Part shown: positions 1 to 8,586 of the stretch, in pieces
Layout of the letters: the number at the start of each line of letters is the position of its first letter
Numbering within the stretch: position 1 is the first letter of the stretch
DNA from: a virus
Lineage: Duplodnaviria; Caudoviricetes
Virus record (IMG/VR): IMGVR_UViG_3300001528_000425
Coordinates: 96,001-160,000 of that record
Direction: 5' to 3' (one strand)
DNA length: 64,000 bases
Translations under genes and position numbers: made by a program
Notes under the pieces: model-generated
Told to the model about the DNA's origin: nothing
Database searches by the model: none
The model's input: only the letters and a program-made list of their open reading frames with translations

Positions 1-460
1 CTTCACTGGATACCATAATGAGCTCCTGCGGACGATATCGTTCCGGCATCTGAATGCGATCATACGCGCTCACGATGATACTTTTGATCTTCGACTGTAG
101 ATCACTTGAGACCGAAAGTGGCTTGATATCGACAGACCACACATGAGGAACTTTGATCGGAAGAGTGCAGGTCTGACACTTGTAAACCACAGACGCGTCC
201 TGTCGTATCTGTACGTAATCAGTGTTACCCCAGGATATATGGGCATCCTGAACTTTCGGTTCGATAACCACCACACAATCTGATACAAATCTGGCATCCG
301 GGTGAAGTTTGCAGTACAGAGTTTGTGACATCCATCCTTCATGTGGAACACCGATCAGGTGATACGGCTGCAACTTAGCCGTCTTCTGATAATCGATAGC
401 GTAACCTTCAGGGACTTTCAACTCCCATCCTTCTCTTTCATTGGCGATAAAAACTCCCAT
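1..460 (-). CDS. Hypothetical protein, runs off the left edge
   Basis: AGGAGG SD then ATG at 460 (MGVFIANEREGWELKVPEG...), open to the window edge; not in the ORF track. Confidence 0.7.
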   Translation of the reverse strand, partial: MGVFIANEREGWELKVPEGYAIDYQKTAKLQPYHLIGVPHEGWMSQTLYCKLHPDARFVSDCVVVIEPKVQDAHISWGNTDYVQIRQDASVVYKCQTCTLPIKVPHVWSVDIKPLSVSSDLQSKIKSIIVSAYDRIQMPERYRPQELIMVSSE

Positions 461-518
461 ATTCGACCTCCTAAGCTTATATGGTTAAATGGTTTAAAAT
501 CCGGCAGGATACGCCGGA

Positions 519-914
519 TCATCTCTGAAGAATTGAATCGTCCCAGGGGGGGACGTTCCACAACAATGCCGGACCGTCGTCCAATTTGATATGAGAACCA
601 AGATCCAACGTTCGTTTGAACTTATTCCCTCTGATAATGAATGTAAGATCAAGGAACAAGGTCTTTCCATCCTCTTCAATGCGATACGTCCAGGCGATAC
701 CACATCCGAATTGAATATGTCGTTCTCCATTGTCTAACGTAACGTTGAAGATCCGATAATCATATCGATCCCAGTTAGCATACTTACATTCCAGAGCACT
801 TTCGAGCTCGATCATCGACTTCGTTTTGATAACGTTCATGACATGGTCGACGACCATCTGCATGACTCGATAATCTAAAGACATTCTCATATCAGGTACA
901 GTAATCGTAAGCAT
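519..914 (-). CDS. Hypothetical early protein
   Basis: AAGGAGG SD before ATG at 914; early promoter motif at 941-957. Confidence 0.75.
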   Translation of the reverse strand: MLTITVPDMRMSLDYRVMQMVVDHVMNVIKTKSMIELESALECKYANWDRYDYRIFNVTLDNGERHIQFGCGIAWTYRIEEDGKTLFLDLTFIIRGNKFKRTLDLGSHIKLDDGPALLWNVPPWDDSILQR

Positions 915-940
915 AATAAATCCCTCCTTTAATTGTCTGA

Positions 941-957
941 TCATAAATGTAATATAT
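941..957 (-). promoter_or_regulatory. phiKZ-type early (virion RNAP) promoter ATATATTAC-N5-TGA
   Basis: Matches a consensus seen 8 times upstream of minus-strand genes. Confidence 0.7.
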
Positions 958-1016
958 GTTCCATAGGGACATGGTAATACTGACGATCATATAGAACATA
1001 CAAGGAGATAAACTAT

Positions 1017-1628
1017 ATGAGAATCTATGTACCCAATTCGATCGTCCCTGCCACCGAAGGTTTTGGTACTAAGGATAGCGTTGAACGCACGGTATCCAAA
1101 CTCGAACGTATATCCAAGACGTTCGGTGAGTTCACGGAAACAGTAAATATCATCAAGATCACCGATAAGAACAAGCCCAAGTATAAAGAAGGCGATGTTG
1201 GAGTCAAGGGACCTTCTTCGGTGGTCATTGCAGAACGCAACTGGCAATTCTACAGAGCATTCAAGAAGGTTGTTGAATCCAAAGGAAAGATCGATACCAC
1301 ACAAGAACTCAACAAGGTGTATTCGGAACTTGTTGATGTTAAATATCTCGGCAAGTCCTCTGGATACAAACTGGCAACACTCCCGGAACATCAAATTGAA
1401 TTCCCGAAGAGTGGATGGTTTGCATTCCCGATCATCAACATCGAACGAGCTATCGTCAACTTTCCCAAGCTTTGCAAAACTGCCATCGATACTCTGAAAT
1501 CCATGGACGATGCAAGTGGGTTTCAGGAAGTCGTGGAAAAGCTTTTCCTTGATCTCCAGAATGTTGTGGAAAAGGAAACTCTCGGTACAGCTAACAAACT
1601 CAAAGCGAAAGCTAAAAAAGAAAAGTAA
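1017..1628 (+). CDS. Putative head protein with short propeptide
   Basis: AAGGAG SD; N-terminal PATE/G fits the A-x-E prohead protease site of phiKZ-like phages. Confidence 0.6.
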   Translation: MRIYVPNSIVPATEGFGTKDSVERTVSKLERISKTFGEFTETVNIIKITDKNKPKYKEGDVGVKGPSSVVIAERNWQFYRAFKKVVESKGKIDTTQELNKVYSELVDVKYLGKSSGYKLATLPEHQIEFPKSGWFAFPIINIERAIVNFPKLCKTAIDTLKSMDDASGFQEVVEKLFLDLQNVVEKETLGTANKLKAKAKKEK

Positions 1629-1632
1629 GATC

Positions 1633-1669
1633 AGCTAGGGTAGGTGGATGATTTCCACCTACCCTAGCT
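1633..1669. terminator. Bidirectional hairpin terminator
   Basis: Perfect 16-bp inverted repeat between convergent genes. Confidence 0.8.
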
Positions 1670-1672
1670 CTA

Positions 1673-1981
1673 CTATTTGTTCCACCATGGTTCTTCTTCC
1701 AGAAGTGCTTCTGCTCTCTCGTACTGAGATTTCAGTTGCACATCATGTTCTTTGTAAAGATCAGAAAGTTTCTCTCTGGAAATAAACGTCCATCCAGATG
1801 GAACTCTCCTCTTCACGAACTGCACAAATGAAGATGCATGTACATCCATCAGTGCAATTCGATGCTCTTTGTAATCGCCTTCTCCGTATTCTTCCAGAAC
1901 AGTACGGAAAAGAACCATCGCATTGAAGTATCCCCTCAGGTCTTCATCGGTCAATCTCACATTCTTCGAAGGCTGGTGCAT
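1673..1981 (-). CDS. Hypothetical protein
   Basis: GGGAG SD, 102-aa ORF. Confidence 0.7.
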   Translation of the reverse strand: MHQPSKNVRLTDEDLRGYFNAMVLFRTVLEEYGEGDYKEHRIALMDVHASSFVQFVKRRVPSGWTFISREKLSDLYKEHDVQLKSQYERAEALLEEEPWWNK

Positions 1982-2031
1982 ATGTATTCTCCCAGCTAGT
2001 TAGAAGGTTCAAAAATATAAACGAAAGTACA

Positions 2032-2068
2032 TAGGATGGGAAGGGATCTAATTCCACCTCCCATCCTA
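2032..2068 (-). terminator. Hairpin terminator
   Basis: TAGGATGGGA/TCCCATCCTA stem right after the 29-aa ORF. Confidence 0.6.
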
Positions 2069-2072
2069 GCAC

Positions 2073-2162
2073 CTAGGTTTTACTTGGTATTCCAGATACG
2101 CACTTCAGCTTCACGGCGGCGATCGCAATCATAGCGATCAGGATCAGGTTGATCTTTTTCAT
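2073..2162 (-). CDS. 29-aa hydrophobic micropeptide MKKINLILIAMIAIAAVKLKCVSGIPSKT
   Basis: AAGGAG SD, ATG at 2162, followed by a terminator. Confidence 0.65.
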   Translation of the reverse strand: MKKINLILIAMIAIAAVKLKCVSGIPSKT

Positions 2163-2193
2163 TTTATTTCTCCTTATTGGGTTTAATGTGGTG

Positions 2194-2607
2194 TGAATGA
2201 CTTAACTCGAACCTAGACTAACGGAAGGTCCAATACTGATCCAGATGGATCAACTCTCATATTCTATCGACCTACGTAATCGAATATAGAGGTAGCTTCG
2301 TACGTGTCTCCGTAAGCAAATAATCTCCCAACCAATTATATAGGTTGGATGAGGATTATTTACCTACTCGGACACGTACGAGTTTGGTGCTACCAAAATT
2401 ACTGCGACAGCTTAATAACTGTCGCGCCACTGCCGGTGCGTTAACACCGTATATTGGTTGTAACTTGGTAACAAGATGATCGAAAGTTGAATTTGTGTAC
2501 ATAACACTCCTCCAGCTCAGTACCCTCTATGGCGTGCTACCGCCATAGAGGGTATGATCTTCTTTTACAATGGTAATTGCTTTCAGGACGAACAGTTAAG
2601 TCATTCA
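2194..2607 (-). ncRNA. ~414-nt structured RNA element, copy 1, with embedded ORF
   Basis: 14-bp terminal inverted repeat (2194-2207/2594-2607), nested hairpins with G-U pairs on the minus strand, promoter at 2619-2635, homologous copy at 54833-55227. Confidence 0.75.
2356..2502 (-). CDS. 48-aa peptide MYTNSTFDHLVTKLQPIYGVNAPAVARQLLSCRSNFGSTKLVRVRVGK inside the structured RNA
   Basis: GGAGGAG SD; 26 of 47 residues identical to the ORF at 54987-55130. Confidence 0.8.
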   Translation of the reverse strand: MYTNSTFDHLVTKLQPIYGVNAPAVARQLLSCRSNFGSTKLVRVRVGK

Positions 2608-2618
2608 TTAACTTATGT

Positions 2619-2635
2619 TCATCCTAGTAATGTAT
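2619..2635 (-). promoter_or_regulatory. Early promoter ATACATTAC-N5-TGA
   Basis: Consensus match about 12 nt upstream of the RNA terminal stem. Confidence 0.7.
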
Positions 2636-2672
2636 ACATGAACGAATTCGATCGACATCTTTCGGATATCAA

Positions 2673-2891
2673 TTAAACCCCAAATTCATAAGGTGTAGCC
2701 TTGGAATTGTTGAACAACAAGATGGTATCTTGCTCTCCCTGGGAGAATGCATTGAGGATGTTATCGTCTCCTCCAACTGGATGCAAACTCAGCTGGATCG
2801 TAGCTTTGTTGTACAATTCAGGATGGACTACTGCTGCTTGTTCGTTGTACACGAAAGCCGCTACACCATACCAATCCAATTTATCCTTCAT
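2673..2891 (-). CDS. Hypothetical 72-aa protein (MKDKLDWYG...)
   Basis: AAAGGAGG SD before ATG at 2891; the longer track ORF would run through a terminator. Confidence 0.7.
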   Translation of the reverse strand: MKDKLDWYGVAAFVYNEQAAVVHPELYNKATIQLSLHPVGGDDNILNAFSQGEQDTILLFNNSKATPYEFGV

Positions 2892-2939
2892 CTGATACCT
2901 CCTTTCGTGAGTATATCTATTGTTGGCGATATAAAGAAC

Positions 2940-2981
2940 GGATACTACGTACGGGGGACTGAAACCCCGTACGTAGTATCC
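2940..2981 (-). terminator. Hairpin terminator
   Basis: 17-bp perfect inverted repeat followed by TTCTTT on the minus strand. Confidence 0.75.
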
Positions 2982-3004
2982 TCTAACAGGAGCGTGCGAA
3001 AAGA

Positions 3005-3226
3005 GCTCATGTACATCCCATCGATCAGGTGTATCAAGAAAGGATGTGTCAAGTTCTATGACTCGCAGCCAGCAGCGTCTCAGTGACCGGAATGAAGCCC
3101 GCTCCCTCCCATGATAGAGTTGAGCCACGGCATGCCAAAAGGATTGAAACACACATGCGTAGCCTATCTCCGGCCACACATTGCGAGAAGGTTCGTTCCT
3201 TCATAGAACAGGTGATGTACATGAGC
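3005..3226 (-). ncRNA. ~220-nt rod-like structured RNA of unknown family
   Basis: Nested inverted repeats: GCTCATGTACATC (13 bp), GTTCTATGA, CTCGCA, GTGGCCGGA/TCCGGTCAC with a G-U pair on the minus strand. Confidence 0.6.
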
Positions 3227-3238
3227 AAAAATAAAAGG

Positions 3239-3528
3239 ATAAGTCTTTCCAGAGAGGATCAGGTCGCATGTTGATTCAACGCATCTATCGTGATTCGGTT
3301 TGGCATGTCGAATTCCATCACAACTGACCCATATCCAGATTAGATGAATGGTTGTCAATAACCCCAACCTGTACCTACTCGAGATATAATATCAGTTGAT
3401 CAATTCAACACGAACCACGGATGCGCAAGGAATATCAATAGATATCCAGGGATCTGAAACTCCCATTTATGTAACCCGAACGTTTGTCTATTGGGCGTTG
3501 ATTAAGACAAAATTCGGGAAAGACTCAT
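3239..3528 (-). ncRNA. ~290-nt structured RNA of unknown family
   Basis: 12-bp terminal stem ATGAGTCTTTCC/GGAAAGACTTAT, internal stems, starts at a TATG late-promoter-like motif, followed by a U-tract. Confidence 0.55.
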
Positions 3529-3588
3529 AATATAGATAAATCTGTGAAAAATCACACGAATGATATAACCATACAAGGAGATCCAACT

Positions 3589-4101
3589 ATGGATACAGCA
3601 TCCATGAGTTCTGTTGACAACGCGATGGCGATGTTCGAGCAGACTGCAGAACAGACCAGAGCAATCAGATGGCAATCCATCGAAGATGTTCGTAGTCTGT
3701 GGAATACTCTCAAAACTGTCGGCAATGATGCCCCGCGTATGATCGAAGTCAAGTGTACTCTCATGAACACACTGAATGGTCTTCTGAAAGACCAAGAGAG
3801 TGTCGCCATGCAGAACGTCAAACTTCAACTCGGTCGAACCGACGCACAGAACAACGGAGCTATGGCCGCCCAAATCACGGAATTGCTTCGGCAAGTATCC
3901 GTAATCAGTCCAACTCCTGGACACAATTCTCTCAGCATGCCGGATCAATCGGAGATCCACAACAAATTGAATGAACGATTTGTGGAGGGTAACCTGGACA
4001 TCAGTGAAGATGAACTCAAGGAATGTTCGGGGCATCCAAAAGCCGAGATCGATCTCAATGACATCGGCGGTGATACGAAATCTGACGATGATGACGATTA
4101 A
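3589..4101 (+). CDS. Hypothetical protein with acidic C-terminus
   Basis: AAGGAG SD before ATG at 3589. Confidence 0.75.
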   Translation: MDTASMSSVDNAMAMFEQTAEQTRAIRWQSIEDVRSLWNTLKTVGNDAPRMIEVKCTLMNTLNGLLKDQESVAMQNVKLQLGRTDAQNNGAMAAQITELLRQVSVISPTPGHNSLSMPDQSEIHNKLNERFVEGNLDISEDELKECSGHPKAEIDLNDIGGDTKSDDDDD

Positions 4102-4126
4102 GTCATATGATCGTAGATGATCTGTA

Positions 4127-4184
4127 AAAGAAAGCAAGTGGACTACCTGGGGCGTCAACCCCAGGTAGTCCACTTGCTTTCTTT
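4127..4184. terminator. Bidirectional terminator
   Basis: 26-bp perfect inverted repeat between convergent genes. Confidence 0.85.
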
Positions 4185-4198
4185 CTTTTTGGCGGATA

Positions 4199-4975
4199 TT
4201 AGTCTTCCAGCCGTTTCCGGATGGCATCGAACTGCTGGATCAGTTCATCTTTCCGCAGAGCGACGCGAACCGCTTCCGTGCGGTAGGTGATCCGAAGTCC
4301 TTTGAGCTTCTTGTCAGCGAGCTGAGTGAGCACGTTCCAGAAAGCACCGTACTGATGCTGTTCGACTTGCGGCAGGTGGTTGGTCATGACCATCATGTTC
4401 TCAGCCGAGAAGATGGTCACACGCTTTTCCGTGACGGTCGAGTAAAGAAGTTCGACGACTTCCTTAAACGGATAGCGCATGACATGTCTGGCGATGGCAT
4501 TGGCCTGGTACATGCGCTTCTTCAGCTTCTCGCGGTTGATGGTGTGAACCGAACAGGTCTGAACGTAATCATCGAGCATGCTCTTCAGTTCGTAGTACTG
4601 ACGGGAATGCTTCTCGACCGGAGCCGCGGCTTTCTCGATTTTCTGCGAAGCCTCGGTTTCCTTGAAACCTTCGGACGGAGTATTGTCGAGTTTGGTCGTT
4701 TCTTCGGCTTTCGGAGCCTTGGGCGCTTCCTGGACAGGCGCTTGTTCTTCCGACTTCTGTTCAGTTGCAGGAGCGGCCGGTTCTTCAGGAACTTCGACCT
4801 TCTCTTCTTCCTGCTTTACTTCGACCTTTTCCGGATCAGCGGTCGGTTCCGTCACCGGAGTTTCGGCGTGTTCGGGCGGTACCTGGGTCTGTTCGGCAGC
4901 GGTTTCTTCCACTTTGGTCTCATCCTGAACTTCCGGAGTTTCCGGGGCTTCAGTAGCGCGATTCTTCTTAGCCAT
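4199..4975 (-). CDS. Putative virion protein with low-complexity E/P/A/T N-terminus
   Basis: AAGGAG SD; directly downstream of the RNAP subunit gene. Confidence 0.6.
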   Translation of the reverse strand: MAKKNRATEAPETPEVQDETKVEETAAEQTQVPPEHAETPVTEPTADPEKVEVKQEEEKVEVPEEPAAPATEQKSEEQAPVQEAPKAPKAEETTKLDNTPSEGFKETEASQKIEKAAAPVEKHSRQYYELKSMLDDYVQTCSVHTINREKLKKRMYQANAIARHVMRYPFKEVVELLYSTVTEKRVTIFSAENMMVMTNHLPQVEQHQYGAFWNVLTQLADKKLKGLRITYRTEAVRVALRKDELIQQFDAIRKRLED

Positions 4976-5007
4976 GTTGATTGTCTCCTTGAGATGATTT
5001 TGGTGAG

Positions 5008-6381
5008 TTACAATAAGATATCTTCCAGCTTTAAATTAATAGTCTGGATTTTGGTACCATGCATGTTCTTCATCGAGATCAGCATGTAGGTTGAGGTGAT
5101 CGAGATCGACTCGATACCGATGGCCCTGGCGTTCAGTTTACGATACCGATCTCCACAGCAAGCAAAGCACAATCCATCGACTGTTTCACAGGTCTGGGGA
5201 GAACGCACTCGAACTTTCTTGCCACGGAATTGATCCGCGTTATGTTTGGTGATCTTGGCTTCACCTTCCCCTGTCAACGCAATGCGATCGATAAAGAGAT
5301 TGATGTCACAGATCTTAAAATCGATCCACAACGCACGTTTGGTTCCACAATCCGCTTCCGTGATCGCCAGGTCCTGGAAGATACGCATGAGGAACTTGGT
5401 TTCAGCGCCGCCTTTGGCGGTTTCCGTACCACGGCTGTAAGAACCCTTACGGATCTCGTTGCAGATCGTTGGGAACGCCTCTTTGGTCCATCCCTCCATC
5501 AGGGAGTTCGGGACAAACTCATACTTACCAGCACTGACATCGAATGCATCGATACAACCGACAGTGAGGAAGAGTTTCTTGCGGTGAACATCGTAGGATT
5601 TTGAGCCAAGTGCATTGAAGAAACGAACCGACGGGTCGTCTCCAAGGAACTCTTTGTCAAGGCGTTGAAGCTCGTTCTCCAACTGAACAGTGACCAGAGG
5701 ATCGTTCATCTCTCCCTGATGTTCGGCGATAAACTTTGCTTTCAGCTTCGGAACTTCCGGGTTAGTCAACAAACTCTTCTCAGTGAGAGTTGGAGTGCAA
5801 AGTTCCGTCATGTGGTTGAGGAAGAACACATTGTCCATGAAGTGTTGAAGTTCATCGACCGAGATTAGCTCCTCGCCAGCTGCATCTGCGATGATACTGC
5901 CGATCGCACCAGGTGACCAACGATTGTTCTGGTAAGGGATCTTTCCATCGAATGGAAATCCGAGGCAAATCATGTTCTCGATATACCGTCCAACTGTAGT
6001 CACAACAGGAGGACTATTCTTCCAGATGGTATCCTCGTTGAAGACCAGTTTGAATACATCCTTCCGACCGAGTAATGGGCGTCCATACTCGTTGAGGTAG
6101 ATGAATTCATAGGTCTCTTCATCCGGGTACTTAGCTTCGATCCAACCCATATATTTCTTGTTGAGTCGGACGATAGCACAACTGCTCGGTGAGTTCACCG
6201 ATACTGCCGGGATAATGATCTTGGTTCCAGGGCTTAGATCATTCGGTATCTCAGACGGATCGATCTCAACTTCGTTGGTGTAAGATTCCATCACGGTGAG
6301 AGCTTCCAGTAACCAATCTCTGGTAGAGATACAATTCTTGGCTCTCAGGAGGAAGATGTGCTGAAATGGATTCAGTTTCAT
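5008..6381 (-). CDS. Phage multisubunit RNA polymerase, beta'-like C-terminal subunit (phiKZ gp80-like, probably virion RNAP)
   Basis: Bridge-helix-like GSYSRGTETAKGG, DCGT, Zn motif RSPQTC...CFACCG, trigger-loop-like MKNMH. Confidence 0.85.
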   Translation of the reverse strand: MKLNPFQHIFLLRAKNCISTRDWLLEALTVMESYTNEVEIDPSEIPNDLSPGTKIIIPAVSVNSPSSCAIVRLNKKYMGWIEAKYPDEETYEFIYLNEYGRPLLGRKDVFKLVFNEDTIWKNSPPVVTTVGRYIENMICLGFPFDGKIPYQNNRWSPGAIGSIIADAAGEELISVDELQHFMDNVFFLNHMTELCTPTLTEKSLLTNPEVPKLKAKFIAEHQGEMNDPLVTVQLENELQRLDKEFLGDDPSVRFFNALGSKSYDVHRKKLFLTVGCIDAFDVSAGKYEFVPNSLMEGWTKEAFPTICNEIRKGSYSRGTETAKGGAETKFLMRIFQDLAITEADCGTKRALWIDFKICDINLFIDRIALTGEGEAKITKHNADQFRGKKVRVRSPQTCETVDGLCFACCGDRYRKLNARAIGIESISITSTYMLISMKNMHGTKIQTINLKLEDILL

Positions 6382-7346
6382 CGGTTATCTCCTTCCGTAT
6401 AAAGCTCTTGGATCAGATCGTAGAATTGCTTCCGAACGTCTGCTCCCCAGGTAGCGGTTTTGTTCGAGATGCGAACCATCAAGGATTCTTTGGTATCCTT
6501 CAACCCGTGTTCCATCACGACAAGACAAAGTCGTTCCGAGGCAGAAGGATTCTTGACTGGTTGTTTTTCCCAGTACTCGAAGAATACAGGAGATGACTCC
6601 TTGAACCCCTTGGGGATCATAAGTGTATCCGAACCATCATCCGCAGAAGCAACTTCCTCCAGCAACGGAGAACGAGTCAGCTTCTTGAGAACAGGAGCAA
6701 ATAGAGTTGGAGCATTCAGAGTGACCTGACGGAGCTTCGAGCTTCGTTCGATCATATCTTCCTTCCCAGTCAAAAGCTGAAGGATATGATCTACTTTGGC
6801 GATATCAACTGTCTCAGCAACAGAAGGATCTCCAAGTTGTTCGATGTCCGTCAAGATAGCAGCGATATGCTCGATGAACGCAGGAGTATTCTCCAAGATA
6901 TTCACCTGTCGATTGATGTAGTCCCAGCTATCATCCAGTGGCATCTTCGCAGCGATATTCGCCACGATAGAGATCAGAGCATCTACAGGTTCTTCCACAT
7001 ACTCCTGTACGATCTCGATGAGATCCTGTCGATCCTTGATCAATTCAGTGAAGTTATCACGATCGAACTTAGTTCGAAGCGCGATAGCAAGTTGTATCAT
7101 CGTTACGTCGTTGCAGATATCGAATTCATCCTGATTGATGATGATTCCGAGTTCGACCAACTCACCAAGCAACAAAGACATGGCTTGTTGTCTCAGGTAT
7201 CTGGGAGTGACCTCTTCAACCGTAACTTCCAGAAGATACTCCTGTCTCGCCAGATAATCCGCGATATAAGGGCTAATACCCATACATTTCTGGATCACCT
7301 CACGATCATAATCAGCAGTCTCCGGTAACGTGTTAACGATTGCCAT
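6378..7346 (-). CDS. Hypothetical protein
   Basis: 322-aa ORF, translationally coupled to the RNAP subunit gene. Confidence 0.75.
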   Translation of the reverse strand: MAIVNTLPETADYDREVIQKCMGISPYIADYLARQEYLLEVTVEEVTPRYLRQQAMSLLLGELVELGIIINQDEFDICNDVTMIQLAIALRTKFDRDNFTELIKDRQDLIEIVQEYVEEPVDALISIVANIAAKMPLDDSWDYINRQVNILENTPAFIEHIAAILTDIEQLGDPSVAETVDIAKVDHILQLLTGKEDMIERSSKLRQVTLNAPTLFAPVLKKLTRSPLLEEVASADDGSDTLMIPKGFKESSPVFFEYWEKQPVKNPSASERLCLVVMEHGLKDTKESLMVRISNKTATWGADVRKQFYDLIQELYTEGDNR

Positions 7347-7379
7347 ATATGTCGTTTCCTTGAAAAGGTTGAAACTTAG

Positions 7380-7730
7380 TGTTCTAAAGGATGGTTCTCT
7401 TCCTGAAGAAGATATTTCTATCTCCTGGAGGTAGATACAAATGATATTCTAGATCTTGTATTCTTTTACATGAACTGGAGTGAGCCTCAAGCGAACGAAA
7501 GTTCTTTTCTTTCTTTATATTTTCTTTCTTTTCTTTAAGAAATAGATATTTATTATTAGGATATATCAAGGATATTTAGATAAGAGAGTACTTAAGTACT
7601 CTCTTAGATGAATATACTTAGATATATCTTAGTAATAAATATATCTAAACGTGCGCGCGCGTGTAACACGCGGTCTAAGGAATAGAGAAATTTATCTTCT
7701 TGTTATTTTTTACAGAAACTCATAATGTTA
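7380..7730. other. AT-rich, palindrome-rich intergenic region (candidate origin or regulatory region)
   Basis: Pyrimidine tracts, TAAGAGAGTACTTAAGTACTCTCTTA palindrome, GATATATC boxes, GCGCGCGC. Confidence 0.4.
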
Positions 7731-7752
7731 TGTAATCTTGGAAAATGATTCG

Positions 7753-8058
7753 ATCAGTGATGAGCATTGAACCGATTGGATGCATGAACAACTGATCGTG
7801 AGCCGTGAGATGCAAATATTTGCTTTAAGCCATGGTCATCCGAGACACGGAGTTCTAACTACACACAACGCACGTTCGTAAAGTACAGTCAATCATTGGT
7901 TGTTCTATATGTTGTGTTGATGAGTGTGTGCTGTTGACGTTGTCCCGTCGTGTCCCCGATGATTTGAATGAACGATCTGTTCACACAACAGATCAGGTCG
8001 ATCGATCGTGGCTTCCGATCATGTTGATCGTTTAGTCGGTTCACTTCTCATCACAGAT
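7753..8058 (+). ncRNA. ~300-nt structured RNA or leader upstream of RNase H
   Basis: Terminal helices GTGATGAG/CTCATCAC and TGAACCGATTGGA/TTTAGTCGGTTCA (G-U pairs on + strand) plus internal arms. Confidence 0.6.
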
Positions 8059-8089
8059 AACAACAAACTCAACATGGGAGGAGATATCC

Positions 8090-8542
8090 ATGAGTATGCT
8101 ACCCCGAGTGATCCTCTACTCGGACGGTTCTCACAGAAGAACCTTCCATCGTGGAGGTTATGCTGGATTGTTAACAACCAGCGATAAGAACTTCCAGTTG
8201 GTCTTTGGTAATGAAGATCATGCTGGCAATGGACGTATGGAGCTGAGTGCTGTTGTCAGTTCACTTCGCTACCTCACAGAACCATGTCATGTGGAAGTGA
8301 TCAGCGATGCTACTTATGTTGTCAACGGCATCAACCTTTGGGTAAAAGGTTGGGCTCTGAACAACTGGAGAACCGCACAGAATAAACCTATCGCCAACAT
8401 CGATCTCTGGGTGGAATTATGGAACATGATGCAAGTGCATCACATCCGAGCTACCTGGGTGAAAGGTCATGCTGGGCATCCTGAGAACGAACTTGTGGAC
8501 TACGTTGCCAACTGGTCTGCTGGCGTACCTATCGAGTGGTAA
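8090..8542 (+). CDS. rnhA: Ribonuclease HI
   Basis: YSDGS, RMEL, SDATYV, WVKGHAGHPENELVD motifs. Confidence 0.95.
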   Translation: MSMLPRVILYSDGSHRRTFHRGGYAGLLTTSDKNFQLVFGNEDHAGNGRMELSAVVSSLRYLTEPCHVEVISDATYVVNGINLWVKGWALNNWRTAQNKPIANIDLWVELWNMMQVHHIRATWVKGHAGHPENELVDYVANWSAGVPIEW

Positions 8543-8586
8543 CTTATCAAACGACAACCCAATCAAGACAAAAGGATACAAATACT

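Noticed and set aside
2194-2607. tmRNA, RNase P, or group I/II intron identity for the structured RNA
   Set aside because: No tRNA-Ala-like ends, P4 signature, P7/S motifs or domain V; it interrupts no gene and its ORF has its own SD.
2673-3367. Track ORFs 2673-3179 (full length), 2730-3086, 3083-3274 and 3164-3367
   Set aside because: They cross a terminator or nested inverted repeats and lack SD sites; only 2673-2891 is supported.
7384-7569. 61-aa KEKKENIKKEK ORF
   Set aside because: Low-complexity translation of a purine tract with no SD.
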